Assembly: GCA_019056785.1 (NCBI GenBank)
Contig: DXJV01000087.1
Coordinates: 8,295-72,294, forward strand
Length of the DNA stretch: 64,000 nt
Direction of reading: 5' to 3'
Origin: Candidatus Heimdallarchaeota archaeon
GTDB taxonomy: Archaea > Asgardarchaeota > Heimdallarchaeia > JABLTI01
Made by a program: the position numbers and the translations under genes. This document shows, in pieces, positions 8,623 through 17,462 of the stretch. Position 1 is the first letter of the stretch, and every line of letters starts with the position of its first letter. A model generated the notes under the pieces. It was not told the origin of the DNA. It was given only the letters and a program-made list of their open reading frames with translations, and made no database searches.

Positions 8623-9210
8623 TTATTCTGCAAGCCATTTTTCCAGCCGGTAAAAAAGATAAGTGGTGCAACTAGAAGCCAGATAGGCTTTGTGCCCTAA
8701 ACTCACTTTCCTCCCGCCCAAAGAAGTGATGATTGCTTCATATTCGACGGAAATATCTTGTCGTCCTCCTAAAACAAAGCAAAGCTTCGCTTCTTTCTGG
8801 AAAACAGACTTATAATGTGATAATGGTTGCCCATTTTCAGTCAGCTGAAACATTTGATAGCCTTGCGCTCGGATAGCCCTGAGATATCCACCCACATTGT
8901 CAACTGGTTGCCAATGAAAGCTTGCTCCTTCAGGGAGAGGTTCATTATTTAGAGCCTTTTTTATTAAGGCTGCAACTTCAAGTTCGTCACAAGGGATGCT
9001 TGGTTTTAGAGGGAGACTGTGCACCTCTAAGAGCCAGGGAGATTCTTTCGTGAAAAGCACTTGAAGTTGTGGTGCCATGGTTTCAACAAAAGACGGGAAA
9101 AGGGAAAGGATCAACCGAGCCACAACATCTACCTTGGACTCTCCCGGGAGGTTTTTAAGAGAGAAGTCCCTCGAAGGTGGTTTTTCCTCGAGTAACAAGA
9201 GTATTAGCAC
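8623..9210 (-). CDS. trmY: tRNA (pseudouridine54-N1)-methyltransferase (SPOUT, TrmY/COG1901)
   Basis: N-terminal DFSLKNLPGESKVDVVARL resembles the M. jannaschii TrmY segment DINLKDLPGSCGRLDLLCR. The C-terminal FVLGGRQDIS...RKVSLGHKAYLASSC resembles FIIGDHIGIG...KRISLSPLELHANHC. GTG start. Confidence 0.7.
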   Translation of the reverse strand: MLILLLLEEKPPSRDFSLKNLPGESKVDVVARLILSLFPSFVETMAPQLQVLFTKESPWLLEVHSLPLKPSIPCDELEVAALIKKALNNEPLPEGASFHWQPVDNVGGYLRAIRAQGYQMFQLTENGQPLSHYKSVFQKEAKLCFVLGGRQDISVEYEAIITSLGGRKVSLGHKAYLASSCTTYLFYRLEKWLAE

Positions 9211-9364
9211 TTCTTTTTGAGACAGGTTGCTAATTATTCATACCCCTCTGTGCGACGTTGTATTTCTTATGGCAAAGGCCAAATTGAGTGTTCCAATTTT
9301 GCAAAAAAAGTCCACTTGGAAAAGAAAGGAAAGGGTAGGAAAAATTTTTTTCTCAACCACTAAA

Positions 9365-9646
9365 TCAATATGACCGATTTTTTCGTTCATCTTTTGAACG
9401 AATCTTCACTCGTCCTCGATGAACGGCGCAGGAGACACAGTAGTATTTTGTCACCCGTTCTCGAGGGATGAAGGTGCCTTCCTTTCGCAATTCGCGAGCG
9501 AGGGTTGGATCAATTAAGGTAACATATTTTGTTTCTTTCTTTACTTTATCAGCTGGAACTAAACGACCACAGGAAGAGCATTGGACGAGTCCACCCTTTC
9601 CCTTACTGCCTTTTGATCTTCCGCCGGATTTTCGTTTCTTTGGCAT
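9365..9646 (-). CDS. rps26e: 30S ribosomal protein eS26
   Basis: From the internal ATG the sequence reads MPKKRKSGGRSKGSKGKGGLVQCSSCGRLVPADKV...YYCVSCAVH. It has the eS26 N-terminus and the C-x2-C ... C-x2-C zinc ribbon. Confidence 0.85.
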   Translation of the reverse strand: MPKKRKSGGRSKGSKGKGGLVQCSSCGRLVPADKVKKETKYVTLIDPTLARELRKEGTFIPRERVTKYYCVSCAVHRGRVKIRSKDERKNRSY

Positions 9647-9848
9647 TCTTTCACAACCATCTTCAGTTTGCATTCAAATATATTATGTGTTTTTCGACAG
9701 AACCACATTTTAAAGATTTGCTTTCCCTTGAAAAGAGCAACCAGGATGCCAAAAAAGATTAACTACTCATTTGACAACCAAAGGAAAAACTTTTTTCACT
9801 GGAAAAGAAATTTAAGGAGATAGAAATATGTTTACAGACTAGGAATGG

Positions 9849-10241
9849 ATGTTAACCTCTATGACAACAAGCTACCTTGAACGAGAAGAACCAAAAGATG
9901 TTTCGAAAGCTTTTAAGCGACTGAAAAAACGAATTACTATCGATAATTTGTGGATGTATATTTTACGCCTTTTGCAAGAAAAAGAGATGTATGGGTACGA
10001 GATAAGAGAATCCATTAAAAAGCAATTTGGCTTCGAACCTGCCACTATCACTTCTTATACCATTCTACATCGTCTCCAGGAAGATAATCTGGTCATGTCA
10101 TTTGTTAAGGACAACCCCGAGGGACGCCCAGACCGGAAATATTATACTATCACCGAAGATGGCGAACGAGCAATGCAAGATGCTAAAAGGTTTCTCAATG
10201 AGATCCTCACTCGAGTCTTTGATAAGACAAAAACAGAATAA
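9849..10241 (+). CDS. PadR-family winged-helix transcriptional regulator
   Basis: LWMYILRLLQEKEMYGYEIRESIKKQFGFEPATITSYTILHRLQEDNLV is the typical PadR core (YGYEI ... Y..L.RLE..G.v). Confidence 0.75.
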   Translation: MLTSMTTSYLEREEPKDVSKAFKRLKKRITIDNLWMYILRLLQEKEMYGYEIRESIKKQFGFEPATITSYTILHRLQEDNLVMSFVKDNPEGRPDRKYYTITEDGERAMQDAKRFLNEILTRVFDKTKTE

Positions 10242-10264
10242 AAGAAAGAGAGATTCCTTTCTTA

Positions 10265-11413
10265 TTATTCTACCTCGAGGGGTTTCGATTTAGTATAAAC
10301 CACTACTTTTCCATTTTTAATCATAACATCATTCTCGAGTCTTTGCCCTCCTGCTCCTTTTACATACACTCCAGGTTCAATGGTAAATACCATTCCTTCT
10401 TCTACTTTCAATTCCACAAAATCTTTGAGCTTTTCTTCAGAGGTGGGTTTTTGTCGCACGCCTGGTGCATCATGAACGGTTAATCCGAGTCCATGCCCTA
10501 AGCCATGCGGCATATGAAAACCCGCCTTTTCGATAACATCAACGGCGGCTTGGGAGATTTTCCAGAGAGGAACACCAATATCAATGGCATCTATTGCTGC
10601 TTCATAAGCTGCAAAACAAGTCTGTTTGATTTTTTCTTGTTCAGCTGTTAACTTTCCAAAGGAGATTGGTACTGTTATATCAGAGGCATACCCTTGATAG
10701 AGCGCCCCAAAATCTATAAGGGCAAGACCTGGCTTGGAGAATTGGTTATTTCCTGCAAAAGGATGGCAGTGGATGAGATGAGAACGTTCAACATTCGCAA
10801 CAAGCGAGGGGAACGAATTATCTTCAGCGCCATACTCACGTATTTTTTTCATCACTAAGAAAGAGAGGTCATTTTCAGTCCCATTGGGCACCTCTTTTGC
10901 GAACTTCTCGATATCCTTGAGCACTTTATTACCAATCTTCCCTGCTTTTTCCAGGAAGGCAAGTTCTTTTGGTGTTTTTGTTGATCGTAGTTTACGAAAG
11001 AGCTCATTTACTTCTATGGGATTGTCATAAATTCGGAGCGCTGGCAAGGCTTTTTTTAGCGCTATAATCCAGCGGTAACTGATCATTGCATTAACGCCTA
11101 TTACGGGTGAGTCACTTTTCAGTACCTCTTTGACATACTGTTCAAAATTTGTTCGTGAATCTGGATCTGTTATGATTGTATCAACAGTTGCATGTTCTTT
11201 AGCCAATTCAACATCCCACGGTATTAAGATTGTTTCACCGCCAGGGGTGAGCAAAAGAAAGCCATCCATAGGGTGCCCTGAAAGAAACCGGAGGTTAACA
11301 TCACGAGAATTTTCCCAATCTGCGAGAAAGAGGAGGTCGATTTTTTTCTCTTCCATAAAAGCAGTTATTTCAGCCATTTTTTCTTCTGTTATTGGACGCA
11401 TTTTTCTCATCAA
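10265..11413 (-). CDS. M24 family Xaa-Pro aminopeptidase/dipeptidase
   Basis: Creatinase-like N-domain plus pita-bread domain with DFGALYQGYASDIT, HGLGHGLGLTVHDAP, FTIEPGVY and LENDV metal-ligand motifs. Confidence 0.85.
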   Translation of the reverse strand: MMRKMRPITEEKMAEITAFMEEKKIDLLFLADWENSRDVNLRFLSGHPMDGFLLLTPGGETILIPWDVELAKEHATVDTIITDPDSRTNFEQYVKEVLKSDSPVIGVNAMISYRWIIALKKALPALRIYDNPIEVNELFRKLRSTKTPKELAFLEKAGKIGNKVLKDIEKFAKEVPNGTENDLSFLVMKKIREYGAEDNSFPSLVANVERSHLIHCHPFAGNNQFSKPGLALIDFGALYQGYASDITVPISFGKLTAEQEKIKQTCFAAYEAAIDAIDIGVPLWKISQAAVDVIEKAGFHMPHGLGHGLGLTVHDAPGVRQKPTSEEKLKDFVELKVEEGMVFTIEPGVYVKGAGGQRLENDVMIKNGKVVVYTKSKPLEVE

Positions 11414-11584
11414 CTAATTGTTTGTTGTCTTTCTTAAACATTTAAGTGACCACAAGTACTATTCCAACTATAAAAAAGCTCTTTTGAGCTAGCTTTCAAA
11501 TGAAAAGTATTTTAAAAAAGAAGGAAAACCATCTTTACACACCAATGATCAATCCCATAAAAACAACATGTGGTGCTTTGAAAA

Positions 11585-12094
11585 ATGCCGGACCAGAAGC
11601 AAAGAAAAATCGATTGGCAGAAAGAAGCAGAGATTCGCCCTTCGACAGAAGAGGAAGCAAAGAAGCTCAAAGAACTTATTGTCACTGCTTACACTCCTAT
11701 TGAAGCAATCCTTGGGAGAAAGCCACGTGGCATGCTGGAAACAGAAGAAGAAATCCTAGAACGCATAAGAAAGCGCTCCATCTTTTCGGTTTATTATAAA
11801 AATAGGCTTGTTGGGACATTTACCATCCAATTTAATGATGAATTTGACTTGATAGAAATTTCTAAAGTGGCCGTCATTGCTGAGCTTCAAAACAAAGGTT
11901 TGGGCACCTATCTTATGGATACTGCCGAACAAATGGTTAGAGAACGCGGGGAAAGAAAGGTGATGATCGAAACTTATGATGACCACAAAAGATTGGTAAA
12001 TTTCTATAAACACATGGGGTATCAAACATTCCACAGCAAAGTCAATAAGGGCAATTTGGTTCTTATGATGGAAAAAGAATTATACTCAAGGTGA
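11585..12094 (+). CDS. GNAT family N-acetyltransferase
   Basis: The acetyl-CoA motif A is VAVIAELQNKGLGTYLM (Q/R-x-x-G-x-G/A). Size of 169 aa. Confidence 0.75.
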   Translation: MPDQKQRKIDWQKEAEIRPSTEEEAKKLKELIVTAYTPIEAILGRKPRGMLETEEEILERIRKRSIFSVYYKNRLVGTFTIQFNDEFDLIEISKVAVIAELQNKGLGTYLMDTAEQMVRERGERKVMIETYDDHKRLVNFYKHMGYQTFHSKVNKGNLVLMMEKELYSR

Positions 12095-12753
12095 AAACTA
12101 TGGATCTCCGAATTGTTCCTGGCGTTTCATGGAGTGCTAATTGTTATCTCCTCATAGACGAAGAGCAAAATAAATTGCTTATTATTGACTTGGGGCTGGA
12201 TGGACGGCTTACTGGCTATTCGCTCCGAAAATCCCTCGAAGAGTTATTGGGTGAAAATTCAGAGGATTTTGAAGTAGAAGTGTTTCTAACACATTCTCAT
12301 ATTGATCATATTGCCGGCGAAAACAATCTCCCTCCTTTCAAATCGCTCATCTTCAGCGCCAGTAAAATAGCTGCCGAGCACATTAATTCTCGGGATCATG
12401 TGACTTTGTTGCAGCAATTTGGGGGGAAAATTACTTTTTCTGTCGAAAAAACCTATGAAGATGGTGCAACCTTTTCTTTTGCGGGAAATGAGTTTCAAGT
12501 CCTTCATTGCCCGGGTCACACGGATGGTTCTGCCGTTTTATTTTCCCCAACTATGCAAGCCCTCTTTTCTGGCGATGTCGTTTTTAAAGGGTCAATAGGA
12601 CGGATGGATCTTCCTACTGGCAATCCTGAGGAAATGCGACAGTCATTAAAGCGATTATTAGAATATGACATTCAACATCTTTATAGTGGTCATGGCGAGG
12701 CTCTCCATGGAAATGTTAAAAGGAACATTCAAAGAGCATTACAATTGTTTTAA
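12091..12753 (+). CDS. Metallo-beta-lactamase fold hydrolase (glyoxalase II-like)
   Basis: THSHIDHIAG (H-x-H-x-D-H), later HCPGHTDGS and SGHGE. Overlaps the GNAT gene by 4 nt. Confidence 0.8.
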   Translation: MKTMDLRIVPGVSWSANCYLLIDEEQNKLLIIDLGLDGRLTGYSLRKSLEELLGENSEDFEVEVFLTHSHIDHIAGENNLPPFKSLIFSASKIAAEHINSRDHVTLLQQFGGKITFSVEKTYEDGATFSFAGNEFQVLHCPGHTDGSAVLFSPTMQALFSGDVVFKGSIGRMDLPTGNPEEMRQSLKRLLEYDIQHLYSGHGEALHGNVKRNIQRALQLF

Positions 12754-12780
12754 AGATTTAAAAAGAGAGAAAAGAAGAGA

Positions 12781-12803
12781 GTAGCAAAGCAAGATGTTGC
12801 TAC
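12781..12803. terminator. 7-bp perfect hairpin between convergent genes (possible bidirectional terminator)
   Basis: GTAGCAA-agcaagatg-TTGCTAC, between the MBL hydrolase stop (12753) and the OFOR beta stop (12828). Flanks are A/T-rich. Confidence 0.35.
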
Positions 12804-12827
12804 TACAAGTCAATTTATTCAAAATTA

Positions 12828-13730
12828 TTATTTTTTAATGTCTGCTAACGAAGTAATAATAGACCATTGGTAATCGATGTATTTCTGGTAAGCTTCAACA
12901 AGCTCTTTGGAAATGCCTTTATAGCGCCCTTGATATTTCAGATACTCTTCAAGGGGCTTTCGTTTTGCAGGATCCCTGTATTTTTTACTAAGGGGTGAAA
13001 GTTCGATGTCTCCATCTACGGCTTCCCAGAGAATGTGTGCACCTGTTTCGACGGCTAATTTTCCAACTTCAATTGTTTTTTCAGCCGGAAAGCGCCAGCC
13101 CACGGCACAAGGAGCAAGCAAATATATAAATTTAAAGCCTTTCATTTGCTGAGCTTTTCTTAGCTTTCCAATAAAATCTCGAGGGTAGGATGTACACGCG
13201 GTGGCAACATACGGGAGATGGTGGGTCCACATGATGAGAGCAATGTTTTTTGGTGAACCAATACGACCGAACGGCGTTGTTGTTGTCCGTGCACCAGGAG
13301 GCGTTGCGCCTGACTTTTGAACTCCGGTATTGCTATAACTTTCATTAGAATAAGTAACATAAATCATGTTATCATTTCGTTCTGCCGCGCCAGAGATGGT
13401 TGCTAGTCCTATATCAACACTTCCGCCGTCACCAGCCCAAGCAAGAACAGTAGTGTCGGTTTTTCCTTTTGCTTCGAGTGCCGCAGACACCCCTGAAGCT
13501 GAGGAAGCTGCAGCGGCAAAGGCAATATTTAAGACAGGCACAGTGATGGCCGATTTCGGGTAGGGGCCTTGCCAGACGGAGGTACAGCAAGCAGGAATAG
13601 TCATAATAACATTTTCACCCAAAGCTTTGAGTGCATATCGCAAACCCAGGGATGAAGAGCATCCTGCACAAGCAGCATGACCTGGAAGGATGGGCTCTGG
13701 GGAACTAAGAATTTCTTTTGTGGTAACCAT
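12828..13730 (-). CDS. 2-oxoacid:ferredoxin oxidoreductase, beta (TPP-binding) subunit, POR/VOR type
   Basis: N-terminal PGHAACAGC Cys cluster and the WAGDGGSVDIG TPP motif. Last gene of a gamma-delta-alpha-beta string. Confidence 0.85.
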   Translation of the reverse strand: MVTTKEILSSPEPILPGHAACAGCSSSLGLRYALKALGENVIMTIPACCTSVWQGPYPKSAITVPVLNIAFAAAASSASGVSAALEAKGKTDTTVLAWAGDGGSVDIGLATISGAAERNDNMIYVTYSNESYSNTGVQKSGATPPGARTTTTPFGRIGSPKNIALIMWTHHLPYVATACTSYPRDFIGKLRKAQQMKGFKFIYLLAPCAVGWRFPAEKTIEVGKLAVETGAHILWEAVDGDIELSPLSKKYRDPAKRKPLEEYLKYQGRYKGISKELVEAYQKYIDYQWSIITSLADIKK

Positions 13731-13738
13731 GGATTATT

Positions 13739-14941
13739 TCACCTCTTTAAGGATGCAAGATCCTTTTCAATTAAGTCAGCAACATATTCTGCTGTGACAT
13801 CCATTCCACTCAACCCTTCAATATGGTGGAATGGTTTTGGATGATTGTCTCCTTCATAAAGGGCGGCCATAGTATCAATAGCGATGACGCCTTTATAGCC
13901 GTAAGATGGCGCCCGCTCAATGAAATGAATGGTTTCCGCCCCCTTACATGCTTCTCGTATCTCTTCATCGGGGAAGGGTCGAAGAACACGCAACCGGAGC
14001 AATCCAACATCATAGCCTTTCTCTTTGAGGATATCAACAGTGACTTCAATTTCTTCAGCAATGGACGAATGGGAAACAATGATGTGCTTTGTTTTCTTAT
14101 CGATACCGTAAGTTTCTATCAGATCGCCATGGAACCTGCCAAAACGTTTCTTATAGTCGGCACAAACATCCTTAATAATTTGTTTCGCTCGATGAGTCGA
14201 CTCCATAATGTTCTGTCGTTTTTCCCGGAAGTGGGAGGGGTAGGATAAATTGCTGTGGGTCACAGGATGCTTTGGGTCGAGGATGAAATGCTTGGGAGTA
14301 TATGGTGGTAAGAAATCATCAACTTCTGCTTGGGAAGGCATATCAACGGGTGCACTGGTATGGGACAGAATGAAGGCATCCTGACACACCAGAGAGGGCA
14401 TGTATACTTGCTCATTTTCACCCACTTTGTAGGCCATTAATACCGTGTCAAAGACTTCTTGGACATTTTTACAATAGTATTGAATACAGCCAGAATCTCG
14501 CAAGCCCATAGAATCTTGTGTTTGCGCCCAAATGCTCCAGGCGGGAGCAAGTTCTCTATTAACAATACTCATCACGGTAGGTAGACGTGCGAGGGCAGCC
14601 CACCAGACAAGCTCTGCCATATAGAGAAGCCCATGGGAAGAAGTTGATGAAAAAGTTCGAGCACCAGTTGCTGAAGCACCGATCAATGCACCGGCGGCAC
14701 TATGCTCACTTTCAACTTTAATGTATTTTGCCCCCATTTTTCCGCTGTCCACAAACTCCGAAACTTTCTCAATACAACCGGTTGAAGGGGTAATAGGGTA
14801 TGCTGCCACCACTTCAACACGGGCCATTTTTGCAGCATATGCTGCGGCATGATTTCCGCTGATAATTAATGTCATTGGCTTTTCATGCCCTAATGATACA
14901 GGACGGTTGTTACTTACAGTCATTTTTACGTTTTCCTCCAC
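13739..14941 (-). CDS. 2-oxoacid:ferredoxin oxidoreductase, alpha subunit, POR/VOR type
   Basis: GNHAAAYAAKMARVEVVAAYPITPST is the typical N-terminus of PorA/VorA. Length 400 aa. Confidence 0.85.
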   Translation of the reverse strand: MEENVKMTVSNNRPVSLGHEKPMTLIISGNHAAAYAAKMARVEVVAAYPITPSTGCIEKVSEFVDSGKMGAKYIKVESEHSAAGALIGASATGARTFSSTSSHGLLYMAELVWWAALARLPTVMSIVNRELAPAWSIWAQTQDSMGLRDSGCIQYYCKNVQEVFDTVLMAYKVGENEQVYMPSLVCQDAFILSHTSAPVDMPSQAEVDDFLPPYTPKHFILDPKHPVTHSNLSYPSHFREKRQNIMESTHRAKQIIKDVCADYKKRFGRFHGDLIETYGIDKKTKHIIVSHSSIAEEIEVTVDILKEKGYDVGLLRLRVLRPFPDEEIREACKGAETIHFIERAPSYGYKGVIAIDTMAALYEGDNHPKPFHHIEGLSGMDVTAEYVADLIEKDLASLKR

Positions 14942-15262
14942 TCACTCATCCTCTTTGACAAATTCTGTCTCTTTGACCATTGCAATACATTTCTGTGGGC
15001 ACTCGTTTGCGCAAATGCCACAACCCTTGCAAAAGTCATAATCTATAATGATCTTCCCCTTCTTATGTGAGGGGTCTTCTGTGTCAATTGTGATACACGG
15101 TTCAGGGCAATAAAGAATGCAAATTTCGCATCGCGTGCACTTGTCATGGTTAATTACTGGGCGAAAAGTTCGCCATAAGCCGGTATTCCCAGCAGAACCT
15201 TTGGACGGTAAGGATATCCAAGTTTCAACGCGAAACTCATCTTCTTCTTTTGTCTTTGGCAA
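14942..15262 (-). CDS. 2-oxoacid:ferredoxin oxidoreductase, delta subunit (2x[4Fe-4S] ferredoxin)
   Basis: Two C-x2-C-x2-C-x3-C-P motifs (CTRCEICILYCP, CKGCGICANECP) in 106 aa. Confidence 0.85.
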   Translation of the reverse strand: MPKTKEEDEFRVETWISLPSKGSAGNTGLWRTFRPVINHDKCTRCEICILYCPEPCITIDTEDPSHKKGKIIIDYDFCKGCGICANECPQKCIAMVKETEFVKEDE

Positions 15263-15269
15263 TTTTTAC

Positions 15270-15833
15270 TCACACTCCATTTTTATAGGGTATTGTTTCG
15301 ATATATCCTCTTTTAGCGGCTTCGAGATTACTTTCCCAAAGACGTTCGTTTAGTTGACTCTTGATCGCTTCGAGCACCGAGTCTAACTTCACCAGACCGG
15401 TCGCTTTTGCTACGGCCCCAGTCATGATTGTATTTGTGATATAACTTTCAGCAATGCGTAATTTCAAATCGATGGCAATTTGTGTTGCATCGACCCAGAA
15501 TTTCTTGCATTTGAGCTCTGAGGGGAAGGAGATTTCTTTATTAGAATTGACAACAAGAATTGTCTTTTCGGATATCCCTTTCATATAGAGAATCTTGGGG
15601 AGCACAGGGTCTAATACTGCAACAACAGTGGGATGGTAAATCGCAGAATGGCGTTTAATTGGCTTGTCGGAAATCCTCGTGTAAGTCTCCACTGGAGCGC
15701 CGCGTCTTTCAGCACCATAAAAGGCAAAGGCTTGAACGGATTTTCCTTCGCGATGAGCTGCTGCTGCTAGAATCTTTGCAGAGGTCACCGCCCCTTGTCC
15801 GCCTCTACCATGCCAACGGATCTCTTCAAACAT
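15270..15833 (-). CDS. 2-oxoacid:ferredoxin oxidoreductase, gamma subunit
   Basis: IRWHGRGGQGAVTSAKILA is the signature N-terminus of PorG/VorG. Length 187 aa. Confidence 0.85.
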   Translation of the reverse strand: MFEEIRWHGRGGQGAVTSAKILAAAAHREGKSVQAFAFYGAERRGAPVETYTRISDKPIKRHSAIYHPTVVAVLDPVLPKILYMKGISEKTILVVNSNKEISFPSELKCKKFWVDATQIAIDLKLRIAESYITNTIMTGAVAKATGLVKLDSVLEAIKSQLNERLWESNLEAAKRGYIETIPYKNGV

Positions 15834-16056
15834 TTTTGTTGGTCACCTTAATTTTTCAAGGATAGCTACTTACTATGATTTTTAATTCTTTGCTTGTAAT
15901 CCAACTGCCTGTCGCTCGGAAAAAAAGCTGAGCGGAAAGCCTACGCATTTGGCACGAAGGTTGCAAGCATTGCAATCAAATCTAACGGATTATTAGCAAT
16001 ATTATTTAATGTTTTGCATACTCATCGCTTTTCAGTAGGTGTACAAGAAAAGAGAA

Positions 16057-16174
16057 TGGTAGCCCGGAGCGGATTCGAACCGCTGTCCCCGGATTCAGAG
16101 TCCGAGATGATTGACCAATTTGCTTGCGCTACTGATTGTTGTTACTCAGCAAACGCAACCTACACCACCGGGCT
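16057..16174 (-). tRNA. tRNA-Gln (anticodon CUG) with a ~41-nt intron in the D-loop; 3' CCA encoded
   Basis: Reverse strand reads AGCCCGG-UG-GUGU-AG[41 nt]UUGGUCAA-UCAU-C-UCGGA-CUCUGAA-UCCGG-GGAC-AGCGG-UUCGAAU-CCGCU-CCGGGCU-A-CCA. Acceptor (7 bp), anticodon (5 bp) and T (5 bp, UUCGAAU loop) stems pair perfectly or with G-U. The cloverleaf forms only after removing roughly 16119-16159. Confidence 0.8.
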
Positions 16175-16195
16175 GAAAATGCGCAGCTTCTTAGC

Positions 16196-16222
16196 AGTTT
16201 TATCGCACAGCGACTATTTATG
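16196..16222 (-). promoter_or_regulatory. Candidate TATA-box region for the tRNA-Gln gene
   Basis: Two A/T boxes on the - strand (CGATAAAACT and CATAAATAG) lie 22-40 nt upstream of tRNA position +1. Confidence 0.3.
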
Positions 16223-16335
16223 CTTAACTGATGCCATTGCTTTTTACAGCACCGTTATTTACTTTATAATAATTACTATGAATAATTAAAAAAGAATGAA
16301 TAAAGGCGAAAGGAGATATTATTAATCAAGGCTCT

Positions 16336-16704
16336 TTATTGCTCTGTAAGTCCTTCTCGAGCTTCTATTTCCTCAGGAGTAGACTGCAAGTCTTTTAGTA
16401 AGGTGTATAAGTCAGGTTCTTTGATTCCTGCTTCCTGAAGATACTCGATGAACCATCGGGCAAGGCGACGCGTTTCTAACTCCATTCCTGTCCTTTCTTC
16501 ATAGAAGGCGGTGATTTTCTGTGCCACTTCGGCAATGCTATTACATTTGAATTGCCCTTCACTATTTGAGCCGTCGAAAATCTCTATCTCAACTTTCATC
16601 TTTGGTGAGTAATTCTTCCGGTTAGGAGCAAAAGTTAATTTTGCCATATAACGGCTTGTTCCCAGAAAGCGTTTTATAATGGATTCTTTTGACATTGCTA
16701 TCAC
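16336..16704 (-). CDS. Hypothetical soluble protein (122 aa)
   Basis: Clean ORF with plausible composition. No motif recognised. Confidence 0.5.
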   Translation of the reverse strand: MIAMSKESIIKRFLGTSRYMAKLTFAPNRKNYSPKMKVEIEIFDGSNSEGQFKCNSIAEVAQKITAFYEERTGMELETRRLARWFIEYLQEAGIKEPDLYTLLKDLQSTPEEIEAREGLTEQ

Positions 16705-16802
16705 AACGATTTTATTTCGTACTATTTTTAATTTAAACCTTATAATTCTTATTCTCTAGGAAAAAAAACTTTTTGCAATTTTGTTCCAGTACGGTTCTCT
16801 TT

Positions 16803-17297
16803 TTATTGGATTCTTGAAGAGACCAATGGCTCACCCTTGTTTCGCTTTGGCACTTCTTCAAGCTCTTCTTCTGAGGTTAGCGCTGCCTGTAAGGCACGGC
16901 TGGTTTTTCGCAATCTGATAAAGGGCATGATTAAACTCGCCAAACCAAGCAGGGCAAAAAAGCCAGAAGCAACATAGGGATAAGCATTCCCACTTTGAAA
17001 ACCCATGTACAAAAATGGTCCGGCCATAAGGACCACAATAGCAGAGAGAAATAAATGCATAGTACCAGGTCGCCCTTTTATACTAATAATTGATGTTTTC
17101 TTTTCTTTTGTCCGGCGAGCGTCGATTTTCATCCAGAAAATCTCTCCGAGTAAAGCCCGCACACCGATTTCTAGGTGTTGTGGGTCCTTTCTTGAGAGCG
17201 GTTGCTCTTTGATTTGAGTGTTTTGTACTTTAGTTTCGAAATAGATTGTTGCTTTTTTAATTGCTTTGAATTGGGAAAGTGGCGATTCAAATTCCAT
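16803..17297 (-). CDS. Hypothetical membrane protein (soluble N-domain plus 2 TM helices)
   Basis: 164 aa. Hydrophobic segments LFLSAIVVLMAGPFLYMGF and ASGFFALLGLASLIMPFI. No family recognised. Confidence 0.5.
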   Translation of the reverse strand: MEFESPLSQFKAIKKATIYFETKVQNTQIKEQPLSRKDPQHLEIGVRALLGEIFWMKIDARRTKEKKTSIISIKGRPGTMHLFLSAIVVLMAGPFLYMGFQSGNAYPYVASGFFALLGLASLIMPFIRLRKTSRALQAALTSEEELEEVPKRNKGEPLVSSRIQ

Positions 17298-17462
17298 TGC
17301 GGATCCAGTCCTAAAGGCAAATATGTTTCAAACAATTAATAAATACTATTCAAAGTTCTAATTAAGCAAAAAGCGGAAATACTGTTGAAGCATATAAAAT
17401 TAAAGAAAATTTTATAACCCTTTTGAATCAAACAACCAATCAATTTTCATTGAGGATTTATT

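Noticed and set aside
13823-14248. 141-aa + strand ORF, plus other 60-100-aa ORFs antisense to or nested in the OFOR, alaS, atpA/B and pyrG genes.
   Set aside because: They are fully nested in well-supported genes on the opposite strand or in another frame, and they have no independent signals.
16014-16289. 91-aa + strand ORF.
   Set aside because: It overlaps the tRNA-Gln gene on the opposite strand. The apparent coding potential is due to the GC-rich tRNA sequence.
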